Positions 12,669-25,144 of a stretch of 64,000 nt of DNA are shown in pieces. A model generated the notes under the pieces. It saw only the letters and a program-made list of their open reading frames with translations, ran no database searches and was not told where the DNA came from. The stretch's first letter is position 1. Every line of letters begins with the position of its first letter. Source of the stretch: Laetmonice hystrix (taxonomy: Eukaryota); the NCBI GenBank assembly GCA_965235115.1, contig OZ249436.1, forward strand, positions 29,824,001 to 29,888,000, in the 5' to 3' direction. Made by a program: the position numbers and the translations under genes.

Positions 12669-13404
12669 AGGCCCATTCGACTGGCCGTTTTCGTGAAGTA
12701 TCTTTTTTCGTTAAGTAATGATTACATTCGGCTGGCTGCTTCGTGAAATTTCGTGCTCAACGAAATGTCACGGAGACTTGACTGCGTGAAGTTCGTGAAG
12801 TTCCAGCCAAGATGGCCCGGGCCAGTATGAAAAATTACCGAAATCGCCCAAAATCTCCCGAAATCTAAATAAGAATTACAGAAATCTACCGAAATCTAAA
12901 TAGGATCTATTGGAATCTACTGAAATCGACCGCCAAACGGGTGTAACTAATTATCGAAATCTGAAATCGATCTCCACCTACTGAAATCGACCCCCAAGCA
13001 GTGTGTATAGATTTCGGTAGATTTCGGTAATTAGCCAATTGAAATAAAATATTTCTCAGCTGAATTTAAGGATAGGAATGGACAGATAAAGACATAGGCC
13101 TATTATAGGCTAGCCATTAAAATGGCCAATGTTTTGCTACATCATATTCCTTAAATGATATAGGGCAAGGATTCAAGAGTATGCCAGATAGTGTCGGCAG
13201 CCTAAGTGGCATCTGTGGTTTCATCTTTGAAATCGTCTGCTGTTGCCATGGTTGCCACCCTTGACCTTATCAAGGCGTATGCAAGGTGAATCTGTGAAGC
13301 ACGATATCATTCTAGTGGCTGCACTGCGTTAAGTAACTTTTCAGAAACTAGGTCACTGCGCAGATGAAAATTTATTTCACGAAAACGGCCAGTCGAATGG
13401 GCCT
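12669..13404. mobile_element. MITE (PIF/Harbinger-like) inserted in the Gypsy LTR
   Basis: Perfect 29-bp TIR aggcccattcgactggccgttttcgtgaa. Flanks ATT/AAT. Empty site gggtcAATgtg is visible in the other LTR at ~6445-6455. Confidence 0.85.
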
Positions 13405-14279
13405 AATGTGTTTGGTCCGTAACCAATGTCGTAGTCCGTGGTCAGTGTTTCCCTAGTCACTAAACGGAGTCCGATAGGACTAGGGGCGGTCGTCAGGTAT
13501 AAAGCCTACCAAATACCGGTCGTCACCCGACAGTGGCCCGGGCGACCGAGTAGGTGGAGGCGGTCAAACGCTCTGGGGCAGCGAGGGCCTACTAGGCCAG
13601 CACAGTAGACCAATGGTCACTGGGCTGTGGCGGCATAGGCCGAGGGTTGCAATATCGGCCTGTAAGGTAACCGCGTGGGGCTCCTCACAGGACGACAAAC
13701 TTGCAACAACTCTAGTTATCGCGGGAAACCCAGGCTTATATAGATTCTACCCTTCTGGGGCCAAACTGAGGCGGCCGATTTACACGATCCGCCAGAGGGC
13801 GCGATATGGGGATATACTGACTAGGTGAGCCTCATCCCTAGGTGGCGCTAGGTTCGGTCCAAGGCACTTTCACAACAATATATTGTATGTTTTCTCTATC
13901 TGTATTATTGTCATAATGCTTCATACGTACATTGTGCAGTCATAGGCACTACAAAATAGAGTAAACATTTAATAATATCCCTAGGAAGCCAGCATTCTTT
14001 TTTGTGTGAGGACAACCAAATATTATGTGGGGACAACCATATTTTGAAAAGTGGTTGTCCTCAGGACAACCACTTTTTTATGCGATTTTTACAGGCCTGG
14101 TTACCAATAATAACAACAACTAATAATAAAATAATACACAATAATAAAACCACTGACACCATACCATCATAAAACCATAAACCATTACTAAATTTCCATC
14201 ACCACCCACAAAACGGTCCCCTCACTGACCTGATGAACCCACCTTCCTTGACCTAACGCTCCATCAACAGCCCATCAGC

Positions 14280-16260
14280 ACCACACCGTCAGCCTACCGC
14301 CACATCCATCGCCAACTTAACACCAACATCATCAGCCTAACCCCACAACCCTCGCCAACCTAACGTTACAACCACCGTCAACCTACTGCCACAACCAACG
14401 CCAACTTACCGACACCAACACCGTCAGGTTACCGCCACAACCAACGCCAACTTACCAACACCAACATCGTCAGCTTACCGCCACAACCAACGCCAACTTA
14501 CCGACACCAACACCGTCAGCTTACCGCCACAACCAACGCCAACTTACCGACACCAACATCGTCAGCTTACCGCCACAACCAACGCCAACCTAACAACACC
14601 AACATCATCACTTACCGCCCTAACCATCGCCAACTTAACGACACCAACATCGTCCGCTTACCGCCATAACCAACGCCAACTTAACGACACCAACATCGTC
14701 CGCTTACCGCCATAACCAACGCCAACATAACGACACCAACATCGCCCGCTTACCGCCATAATCAACGCCAAATTAACGACACCAACATCTTCAACTTACC
14801 GCCGCAACCAACGCCAAATTAACGACACCAATATCATCAACTTACCGCCCTAACCATCGCCAACTTAACGACACCAACATCGTCCGCATACCGCCATAAC
14901 CAACGCCAACTTAACGACACCAACATCGTCCGCTTACCGCCATAACCAACACCAACTTAACGACACCAACATCGTCAACTTACCGCCCTAACCATAGCCA
15001 TATTAACGACACCAACATCGTCCGCTTACCGCCATAACCAACGCCAACTTAACGACACCAACATCGTCTGCTTACCGCCATAACCAACACCAACTTAACG
15101 ACACCAACATCGTCAACTTACCGCCCTAACCATAGCCATATTAACGACACCAACATCGTCCGCTTACCGCCATAACCAACGCCAACTTAACGACACAAAC
15201 ATCGTCCGCTTGCCGCTATAACCATCGCCAACTTAACGGCAACAACATCGTCCGCCTACCACCCTAACCATCGTCAGCCTACCAGCACAACCATCGCCAA
15301 CTTAACACCAACATCGTCAGCCTACCACCACAACCATCACCAACTTAACACCAACATCGTCAACTTACCGCTCCAACCATCGCCAACATAACGAAACCAA
15401 CATCGTCAACTTACCGCCACAAAAATCGCCAACCTAACGTCACAAACACCGTCAGCCTACCGCCACAACCATCGCCAACATAACGAAACCAACATCTTCA
15501 ACGTACCGCCACAACCATAGCCAACTTAACGAGACCAACATCATCAACTTACCGCCACAAAAGTCGCCAACCTAACGTCACAAACACCGTCAGCCTACCG
15601 CCACAACCATCGCCAACTAAACGACACCAACCTCGACAGCTTACCGCCACAACCATCGCCAACCTAACGACACCAACATCGTCAACTTACCGCCACAACC
15701 ATCACCAACTTAACGACACCAACATCGTCAACTTACCGCCACAACCATCACCAACTTAACGACACCAACATCGTCAACTTACCGCCACAACCATCTCCAA
15801 CCTAACGACACCAACATCGTCAACTTACCGCCACAACCATCGCCAACCTAACGACACCAACATCGTCAACTTACCGCCACAACCATCGCCAACCTAACGA
15901 CACCAACATCGTCAACTTACCGCCACAACCATCGCCAACGTAACGCCACAAACACCGTCAGTCTACCGGCACCACCACCGCCAGCCCATCGGCACAACCA
16001 CTACCGAACCTAACGTCACCAACACCACAGACTACCCGAACCACCATCACCAGCCTACCGGCACCACCCTAATCAGCCTACCGGCCATTACAATCCCAAC
16101 GGAAGCAACATCCCCAGTCCCCCCGGCACACCATCACCAGCCAACCGGCACCACACTCACCAGCCTACCGGCACCACCAGCCTACCGGCACCACCATCAC
16201 CAGCCTACCGGCACCACCTTACACGAGCCCCACGGCACCACCCTCATCAGACTAACGGCA
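14280..16260. repeat. Minisatellite: 46-bp unit made of two diverged 23-mers, grading into a 23-bp accggcaccaccatcaccagcct array
   Basis: ttaccgccacaaccatcgccaac + ctaacgacaccaacatcgtcaac, period 46 (e.g. 15781 and 15827). The 23-mer array reappears at ~18310-18570. Confidence 0.9.
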
Positions 16261-17014
16261 CCACTCGAGCCACTTCAACCCATATCGAACGACACGGGAA
16301 CCACCACAGCTAACCCCCCTGCTGCCTTTTACCGGATATTCCCAGACCATAATGTGATAGGAACAACCACCAGCGACCAAAAGAAGCATACAAGTGAATA
16401 ACATTCAAATCATCTCCTGAAAGAAAATTAATTAAACATCCTAACACATACTACATAATATTAATCAAATTACTAACAGTAACACTACTAAATACAATAA
16501 CGATATTTAAAAAAAACAACAACAAAAAAACACACACACATAATACTAAGGACCATAATATTAAATAATAACAGCAGTGATTTTAGGAATATTATAATAA
16601 TAAATAAAGTGAATAATTATAGGAAAACCAATAATAAATTCTACTAAACTCGATTATAAATTAAATTACGGCAACACGATACCTATACCAATACTTTCGT
16701 AAAAATGATAAAACTACTCCTTTCACAATGTTACCATTCAAGCTACTAACAATACCACTAACAATAATAACCAATACCTCTAATAAAACTAATAATAACA
16801 TAACAATATAGTAACACATTTTTTCCCAAAGGTAAACTCCAAACTTGTAAACCGGTCCCCCGACTACAGATGCAGCCTTCCTCTCGGGAACACCTACCCC
16901 TGACCCCCCCCCCCCCTCCCCACAGTCTTCACTCCGAGCACGGCTCCCCCTGACCGCCGCTGCCGTCCTTGACCTCCAACGCAGTCTTCACGCTGAGCAC
17001 GCACCCCCCCCCCC

Positions 17015-18900
17015 CCAACTGTCGCGACGACTTCCCCCACAACACCGAACCCCCACACTGCTGAAGCAGCCTTCCGTCAGAAACACAGAACCCCCACACT
17101 GCCGAAGCAGCCTTCCTCCACAGCACAGAACCCCCACATTGTCGCGCAATCTTTCCTCCACAACACATAACCACCACTCTGCTGCGCAGTCTTCCCCCAC
17201 TAGCACAGGTGTACTAAGCCCAAACCACTCTACCCTCAAAGCACTATGGTAGTAGTTTGAGCGTACGCCCAAACTACTCTAGAGTGCTTTGGGCGTACGC
17301 TCAGACTACTCTAGAGTGGTTTGAGCGTAAGTCAGCCTACGCTCAGATGACTACCCTGCCCACGCCCACACAACTACTGTTATGCTCAGAACACTCTACT
17401 AACTCTCAAAACACTACCCTCGCTTAATTTAGATACAACTCCCAGGATTCGTTCAAAAACCTTCTTCTTCTCCTTCTCCTTCCCCTCCAACTCCTCCTCC
17501 TTTTCCTCCTCCTCTTCTTCTTAAGCGGGGTGGTGTTTTTTGGGTGTTATACTACTGTTATGCTCAGAACACTCTACCCACTCTCAAAACACTACCCTCG
17601 CTTAATTTAGCTACAACTCCCACGATTCGGGCAAAAACCTTCTACTCCTTCTCCTCCCCCTCCTCCTTTTTCTTCTTGTTCTTGCTCTTCCTTCTTCTTC
17701 TTCTTGATTCTTCTGGACATTGATAATACCGAAATCTAGCCTAATTCTCAGCAGTGGGTGGGGCGTCTTGCCCCACCCACAGGGGCGTCTTCTCCGAAGG
17801 GAGGTGGGTTTACAGACACCCCGACCCCCCCCCCCTGCACATGGCCCTGGGGGGAATCCCCCCACACACTTTTTTCACCAAAGAAAAAGTTTGTTCCTGT
17901 TAATTGTCATAAAGTGTAACTTTTGACCTTCACAATTGCACTCAAAGTTCAACAGATCACTCCATAGTCCTAAAATCGTTTTCTGGACTATGCATCAGAG
18001 CCCTAAGTTTGCTTGATTTCGCTGTCAGGAACACCCGCTGCAAACATTAAAATAAAAGTCAGACAAGTTTCAGGACCCCCCCTCCCCGTCCACTTTCAGA
18101 ACCCCCCCCCCCCTTACAAAAGGAACTGCCGCCCGTGGGTGGGGTAGTGTTTTGAGCGTGGGTAGTGTTTTGAGATTTATAGGGGTAGTGCTTTGAGCGT
18201 GAGAGTAGTGCTTTGGGTGTACCCCCAAACCACTACCGTAGTGTTTTGGGCCTACGCTCAAAACACTACGGTAGTGGTTTGAGCGGGGTAGTGGTTTGAG
18301 GGTGTTACACCGGCACCACCATCACCAGCCAACCGGCACCTAACCATCACCAGCCTCCCAGCATCACCATCACAGCCTACCGGCACCACCATCACCAGCC
18401 TCCCAGCACCACCATCACAGCCTACCGGCACCACCATCACAGCCTCCCAGCACCACCATCACAGCCTACCGGCACCACGATCACCAGCCTAACGGCACCA
18501 CCATCACAGCCTACCGGCACCACGATCACCAGCCTAACGGCACCACCATCACCAGCCTACCGGCACCACCTACGCGAGCCCCACACTGTCGCGCAGTCTT
18601 TCCCCCACAGCGCATAACCACCACACTACCGCGCAGACTTCCCCCACAGCACACAACCCCCACACTGCCGAAGCAGCCTTCCTACTCAGGCACAGAACCC
18701 CCACACTGCCGTAGCAGTCTTCCTCCACAAGTACAGAAACCCCACACTGCCGAAGCGTCCTTCCTACACAAGCACAGAACCCCACACACTGCCGAAGCAG
18801 CCTTCCCCCACAAGCTCAGAACCACCCAAATGCTGTGCAGTCTTCCCTCCACTAACACTGCCCCACATTACCAAACAGTCTTTCCACAACAAGCACATTT
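17015..18900. repeat. ~40-bp minisatellite (gaacccccacactgccgaagcagccttcctccacagcaca) in two blocks, ~17015-17207 and ~18575-18900
   Basis: Period 40 (cccccaca at 17091 and 17131). The same unit resumes after 18575. Confidence 0.8.
17208..18311. mobile_element. Foldback/MITE-like insertion with long imperfect, internally repetitive TIRs
   Basis: GGTGTA...TACACC ends. caaa(c/g/a)cactac motifs on the left are mirrored by gtagtg(g/c/t)tttg on the right. Internal ~177-bp tandem duplication. No clear TSD. Confidence 0.6.
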
Positions 18901-19037
18901 TTACCACGAGCCCCCAACAGGCTTAAACCTTGCTCAACCATCCCATACACCAAGCGGCAATACAGCCGAGCAACCACGATTATTTCTTGTCCCAATGTAT
19001 AAAACATGCACCCCACTTCTCTCGTCGACACCAACAC

Positions 19038-19991
19038 TAGGGATGTCGGACTTTTTTTGAAAAACGCATTAATGAATTGGTAAAGGACATATATGGGGTC
19101 AATTTGGCATGAGAAAATAAAAAATGGGATCAGTTTTTCTCTATCTGATAAGGATTTGATATATAGATATTGGCCATGTTATATTAAGATTTTTGATTTT
19201 TTTTTTGGCACGATAGGGCATTCTTATAATATAGATGGCATGAAGTGGACGAAAGTGAGTTTTTATTATCATTTGACATGTCTATCACAGACTCTCCAAC
19301 GTGTCAACTTGATCACAGACCTCATCAGCTTGATCACACACCTCTGTATCCATTAGATACCCAAAACTGGAATGTAAACAACTCTGGCGCCAAACCGCGA
19401 GTGAGCGATAATAGAAGAAATGAAAGCAATAAAAGCACTAAAACGGCCTGGCGCTAAAAAGCGCTATGCTTGAATTAAACTTTCTGACCAGGAATGGCAA
19501 GACAAATGACCAAAGTTCATAGCAATACTATGCCATTTCTTGCCAAATTGAGTTGAAGGAAGCCCCCATGCTTTTAATGTCAGCCAAATTACCCTTGATA
19601 TTAAGTCAACTTATAATTATCATAAACTTACTTAAACTAAACAAAATAAAGCTCAATCTACCTTCTTATTTGACACGATCAGCATTCTGGGGCTTTCTTA
19701 AGATGCAATGCCTAGATTACATGGTCATGATGTGCCCTATCTGCTGTAAAAATGGCCGCGCTTCATGCTCATGCAGAAAAGGTATTTTCATACAATTTGT
19801 TGTTGCGCGAATTCTTAACAGATTTCCTTGAAACTTAGACCAAATCAAAGCGCAGGCTCTCTTCTTTTATTTGGTATCAATTTTGAACTGTCTAACTTGT
19901 GTACACGACAATTATCATCCAAGAAACGCGACACTACTTAACATAGGGTTACAATGGGGACTCGCTGCTGCGCGAAACTCCGACGTCCCTA
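19038..19991. mobile_element. Non-autonomous DNA transposon (hAT-like)
   Basis: TIR tagggatgtcgga / tccgacgtcccta. TSD CCAACAC (7 bp), or ACCAACACT (9 bp) if the ends are AGGG/CCCT. Confidence 0.8.
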
Positions 19992-21118
19992 CCAACACTG
20001 TCCGCACCGTCACAGCTGTACTGCTCTAACAACCGACTGCTCGGCCCTCTGGGTCAAAAGAGGGCCAACTTTTCCAGCCCAAATTTCCACCAGCATAGTC
20101 AAACTTACATGCGCATACACTCCAACGAAATTCCACGAAGACTTCACCTCCACCACGTGTCCCACACTTTCGTCACGAGTACCCAAACCGTCCGACCGTT
20201 GCACCACCGACGAGACATGCACCAAAACTCTGAACATTTCAACCCAGCTCTCTCCACTGTCACAACAGCACCCACTTGCTCCGCCACCGTAGTCACGCTT
20301 CACTAGCTAGAAACTCAAACGAAAACGCCGCTCCTTGTTTTGACCGTCTGCTTTCAAGAAGGCCCAATCTTCCTGGCCTACTCACTTTTATACCCTGCTT
20401 ACCTGCCATGCCATCTAGGTCACGGCATTTGCATAACCGTCCGTTGTGTGTCGTGAAACTCCATTTCGTTGGTCGAAATCTGCCTTTTCACATCAGTAGG
20501 AAAGGCCCATTTTCAAGAGGGGGATATGACTAGCGGGTAACGAGAATTAAAAACAGGTAAAATATGCTGTTTGAGGCTGGAACATAACACTGTCCTTAGT
20601 TACCATTATGTACATTAATTATAGATGCACATATCACATGCCAAAAAGATAATCAATATTTCAATTGTAGCCATTATATTATTGAATACGTTGGCACATT
20701 TTAATTTTCTGAAAGGGTGTCAAATCTTTTGGGAATCTGAACTGGAAAATGTTTACAAAGCCGATTCAGTTTTATGATACATCGCCCGTGATAACTTAAC
20801 CCCCACTAAATTTGGTCGAAAGTAAAGATGTACATCCCTGACCTGATCCCTTACCCCAAACCCTAACCCTCCCAAAAACATGTCCCTATCCTATTCCTAT
20901 ATCCCTATCCCTGACCTTAACCCGAACCCCTGACCACAAATTTTGTGGGGAATGTATCATGGCGAAATAACGAGTGCTATCGGCTTGTTCTGTACATTCC
21001 ATAATTTATGTCCAGTTATTCTCCGAATTCCAGACATCACCTATATCTGCGTGTGATCTTAAATTTACTTTTGATATAAACACGAATACTCGATATTATG
21101 CTGTAGAAATTACAGAAA

Positions 21119-24100
21119 ATGGCTAACATGGACAAGTTCGATGAAGTGGCCTTCGAAAGAGCCAGAGGGGCCCAGAATCCAAAGCAATCCTTTCCCGAAC
21201 GAATGCAGTATTACGACACTTGGGCATCTGAGGAGACATACGACATCGTACGCATGTTTAGGAGCCTACATAATTAGAGTAATTCAAAATTAATTTAGTT
21301 CTGAAACCACACATTTTATTAAGTGTAAACAGAATATTATATTTAAAATTCTGTTTCTAGCATCTGGCGCCCACTAACTATCGTGGACCCACACTCTGTG
21401 CAGCTGCTATTGAACATTATATGCCCACAACGAAGGAAATGCATATCCTTGACATAGGAGCGGGCACTGGATGCGTGGGAACGGAAGTACGTATAAAGCC
21501 ATAGAATATCCACCAAACTATATTGACCGTCAGAAAATTAGTTCACCAGACAGGACGCTTGGGTATCCATGCATGGCGATGTTGATTCACAGGCTTTTCG
21601 TTAATGTTTGTTGAAAGTCCAAGATAGCACACCTTCTTCATATTACAATCTCATGTTATTTAAAACAGTGCAATTGTAACTTAGAGGTTGGGTTTCAGAG
21701 AAATGTTCTCTATGTTTCTCTTCTGCGTTCATGCACATATGAACACCCAGAATGAATTATATAAAGAACCGATCTATGTCACATTATTACTGATTTTGTA
21801 AAAATGATGTTCTATTGGTTAAGAACAAAGCTTGAACAGTCAGGTAGATGGCGCCGTAATCGTCCATCCAACAAAAAATGTGACATACAGTAGACTTTGC
21901 ATTTAACGTACTGATTGGGACCAGAGATTTGTGTTTGTTATATGCGAAGTCTGTTATACGCATAGATCTATACAGTAATATTTGTATTATCGTTCGACGG
22001 GACCGAGACTTCCAGTTTCAGTACGTTGTACGCGACTGTCATGGTATATGCAAGGCCGTTATATGGTCTACTGTAGATCGTTTTTCCCGTGTACTCGTCA
22101 TATATTTCTAGTTGCTCCAAAATTTGGGTTAAAGTATAACAGAAACGCAGAGAAAATCGCATGTCTCTGTGGACCCCCTCCCCCCACGTCATTGCTGTAA
22201 TATCCAATAGGCCGTTCGCTAATAAGAGCATATCGGGTGGATAAAAAACGCCCCGAACTTTAAACTTTAATACTTCAAAAACTATGCATTCTAATTCAAT
22301 AAAATTCCACGTAATATCACTTCATGATATTATCTCTGGTATGTTAAAGTTTCAGCTCCATAGCTTTGATATTAATCCCGTGGCGCTAAAAACAAAAATC
22401 AGTGTCTAAAAACGCAATGCCGGAATTAAGTCAAATATCATGCAGCTGCCAGGTGTCCAATTTGACACCTGTTTGATGCACCGCATTGTCCCTTGGGTGA
22501 AAAATTCCATATCTAGTTTTTGCATGTTTCACAATATGTATAATGTTGTGGACCACTAGATATAATAAAATATGTGCTATTCCTAGTACTTTTAGAGAAA
22601 AACAGATGTTTAATGTGCCAAACCCTACAGAGAAACTGCAACATTAGGACGGTATGACTGTAACGAGAAGTTCAAGGTAAATCGTATCATTATCACGTTT
22701 AGCAACACATTCAGAACGTTACGTATTTCTCAATGTTGGGAAGATATTTCCCTATCAGAGATCAGGAACTGCAGTGGCTTATGGAAAAAGACACTGAGAG
22801 CAGTCTGGAGTGAAAACGGGGGACCGATTGACCACCTACTCTGGTGTGAGGCCAGGGACTCTGGGTGAGACTACAACTCGCTTTAGCCTGGCATTGCGCT
22901 TTTGTACAATGAATTTTGTTTTTAGCCTCATGGAAACATTATCCAAGCTATTGAGTTGTAACATTAACAATTAAGAGACAACATCATGAAGTGGGATTAA
23001 GAGAACTTTGATTGAATTACAATCATTACTTTTTGAAATATTGAAGTTTAAAGTTCGGGCGTTTTTTTTTATCCACCCGATATATTAGCTTATGAAGCGT
23101 GGATACAAGAACATCGAGGCAATTGAACCATCGGAAGGGATGCTGGAAGCTGCCAGAAACAAGAAGGTTTACCGTAAACATACTCTCGGTGCATTCGGAG
23201 CCACAAACCCATCTATTGGTGACCGTAAGTATGCGCACCATCAGCAGTCTTCATGTTGGGCACCCAACAAATCTCCCACCGTATCCTGATGACCAATTCA
23301 GCCAACCTATAAACCAATATATTAACCAAAAATTTGTTTAAATTGATCAACGTATTTTAGATAATAATCTAACAAATCTGGATTGTTAAAAAAAACTACC
23401 AGAACTAGATTATTTTAACCAAGATCTCGGTCGGACACATAATCTACCATCTAGACTGGTTAAATTTAACCATTATCCAATATCTATATCTCTATCATAC
23501 CCAGAGGTCTGATTTCTGCCGATTATATGTCTCTCAGGTTCCTACGATGCGCTGGTCTGTTCGGGCGTTTTCCTGGAAGGCCACCTTCCATGCAAGGCTG
23601 TGCGAGAGATGGCTCGAATTACTAAACCAGGTTTGTCGTGCGTTTTTCTTTTTAAGGATGGTTCCTTTAGATGATGCATGTATTCATATATGTGTAAAGT
23701 TTGCGAATGATTATGATATACATGTAGGCCGTTTTGACAAAAAAGTTCATGGTCTACAAACGGGAAGTTATTCATTAAAAAATGTTTAGAAACTAAATTC
23801 TGTTATCTTAGTTGATCTCCAGAACACCTTGATGTCCTGCTTGTCTTCATGGAATAAATAAAAATAATTTTCTAAATAAAAATTGTTGAAATGCAAACAG
23901 ATGAAGTATAATCATGAGCACAAATATTCATTCTTCCAGGCGGTTTGATTGTGATTGTCTTTCGCGAAAAGGTTCTGGAGCAGGTGGAAGAATACCGCGG
24001 CCGCCTGGAACCGATGATGAAAGAAATGCAAGCGGAAGGAGTTTGGGAACTCTTGGAAAGATCTGTGAAACCCATGTACTTTTTGGACATGAATGGCGTC

Positions 24101-24136
24101 CTATATGTCTTTAAAGTTAACGAGGAAAACAACTAA
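21119..24136 (+). CDS. METTL27: Class I SAM-dependent methyltransferase, METTL27/WBSCR27-like, copy A (226 aa, intact)
   Basis: Exons 21119-21247, 21361-21486, 23089-23224, 23538-23630, 23940-24136, all GT-AG with consistent phases. Motifs YYDTWA...YD, YRGP, ILDIGAGTG, AIEPSEGML, SYDALVCSGVF..GHL, MARITKPGGLIVI. Family recognised from motifs; orthology untested. Confidence 0.88.
22233..23080. mobile_element. Tc1/mariner-like MITE in the intron before coding exon 3 (copy A)
   Basis: TA flanks. Long TIRs tcgggtggataaaaaacgccccgaactttaaactt... / ...aagtttaaagttcgggcgtttttttttatccacccga. Confidence 0.85.
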
Positions 24137-25144
24137 TTAAGAATAAGATTGAATATTTTAACCAGCAGCCGATTTCGCCATATGGCACTACTTGATGTAC
24201 TATAGTTTCTGTTAGAAGATGGGAAGCAGCGGTATCAATTTCGAATGAATTGTTCAGATTTCTAAAATGATGTTATCATGTATGTAATACAGTAAACTTA
24301 GAGATACAAATGCAAAATTGATTGATACCCGTAGGGGAGGTATATGTAAAATATCTCCACCTATATGTAAAAAAAATTACCGACGAATATAAAATTGAGA
24401 AATTAACAGCTGGTTGATGCGGCCATAAAAATACATTATTATAAATTAATAAAACTTTCTTGGGTTCACTGCTATCACACTTGCTTTTACAGATTCTTGT
24501 CCCCGCGCGCGTCACCTAAAAACCCCCGCGTCAAGTCTTTTTTTTTATAAATCTGACTGCTTCATATGGTGGGCAGTGTAGCACTGTGACAGAACGTTGC
24601 AATGGTTCTTTGGCGTTGGCGTTTTCCTGTTAGTCTTATTGCTTTTTATGTGAGTTTTACACATTCTTTAACGAAAACAATGAACATCATTGCATTAGTT
24701 TTTTCTTCAAGGTTGCCTGGTTGCATCCATAAAAAAAAGGAGGATGAAAAAAACGCGTCACCGCACCATTTTTTTATATGAAAGGACAAGAAACGAAATC
24801 TTCAGTTTTCTGCTTTCCTGCTCACTACTGACGTACTTTGGCACTGATTGTTTTTCATATTGATTCTGTTAACACATACTACGAGTAGACAGCTGTGAAA
24901 TTCTCCCTAATGTGGAAAAATGAATAAAACTAGCTTCAGTGTCCGCAAAGTGCGGTGAATCCGCCATCTAAGTAAATAACAAATAGATAAATAAACAAAT
25001 AAATAAATAAATAAGTAAATAACAAATCTATAGAACTATAATGGCCCATCCGCTGATCGTGTGAAAAAGGTGCAAAAGCCGGCTGCAAATCCCGGGGTCT
25101 CGGAATCTAAGTGTGTCATTTTCAGTGACTGAATTAAGACTATA

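Larger units (their letters stand above)
6253..13877 (-). mobile_element. Ty3/Gypsy-type LTR retrotransposon, pol deleted
   Basis: Termini TGTAGTGAAA...TTTCACAACA with TSD ATAT. Full LTR 12469-13877 (interrupted by a MITE) and a truncated LTR 6253-~6571 matching it. PBS tggtgtcagaagt (tRNA-Leu type) at 12454-12466 on the minus strand. gag ORFs present; no RT or integrase seen. Confidence 0.88.
5533..14099. mobile_element. Non-autonomous hAT-like DNA transposon with 5-bp TSD (~0.94 kb own sequence, interrupted by a Gypsy element)
   Basis: TIRs caggcctgtaaaaatcgc / gcgatttttacaggcctg. TSD GTTAC at 5528-5532 and 14100-14104. Subterminal ggacaacc repeats at both ends. Confidence 0.85.
3641..20488 (+). 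mobile_element. Helentron/Helitron2-type non-autonomous element, 16.8 kb including nested insertions (~6.2 kb own sequence)
   Basis: Absent from copy B (empty site gtctgTTTTcacatcag at ~50693-50709). Inserted in a T run. Asymmetric inverted repeats tttcacaacacaca (3641-3654) and tgtgtgtcgtgaaa (20445-20458, 13/14 match). Subterminal hairpin atttcg-ttggt-cgaaat (20463-20479). Internal tandem arrays. Confidence 0.75.

Noticed and set aside
14280..16260. CRISPR array or repetitive protein ORF
   Set aside because: Units are contiguous with no unique spacers, there are no cas genes, and the 23/46-bp period is not a multiple of 3.
3641..20492. TTTCACA at both junctions read as a 7-bp TSD or recombinase core
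   Set aside because: The left copy is part of the inverted repeat pairing with 20445-20458. Together with the hairpin and T-run target, a Helentron explains it better, although target preference is not excluded.
20840..20935. Telomere-like ccctaa repeats (also ~51050-51140)
   Set aside because: Only a few degenerate units inside a small element with aagccgat/atcggctt ends; not a telomeric array.
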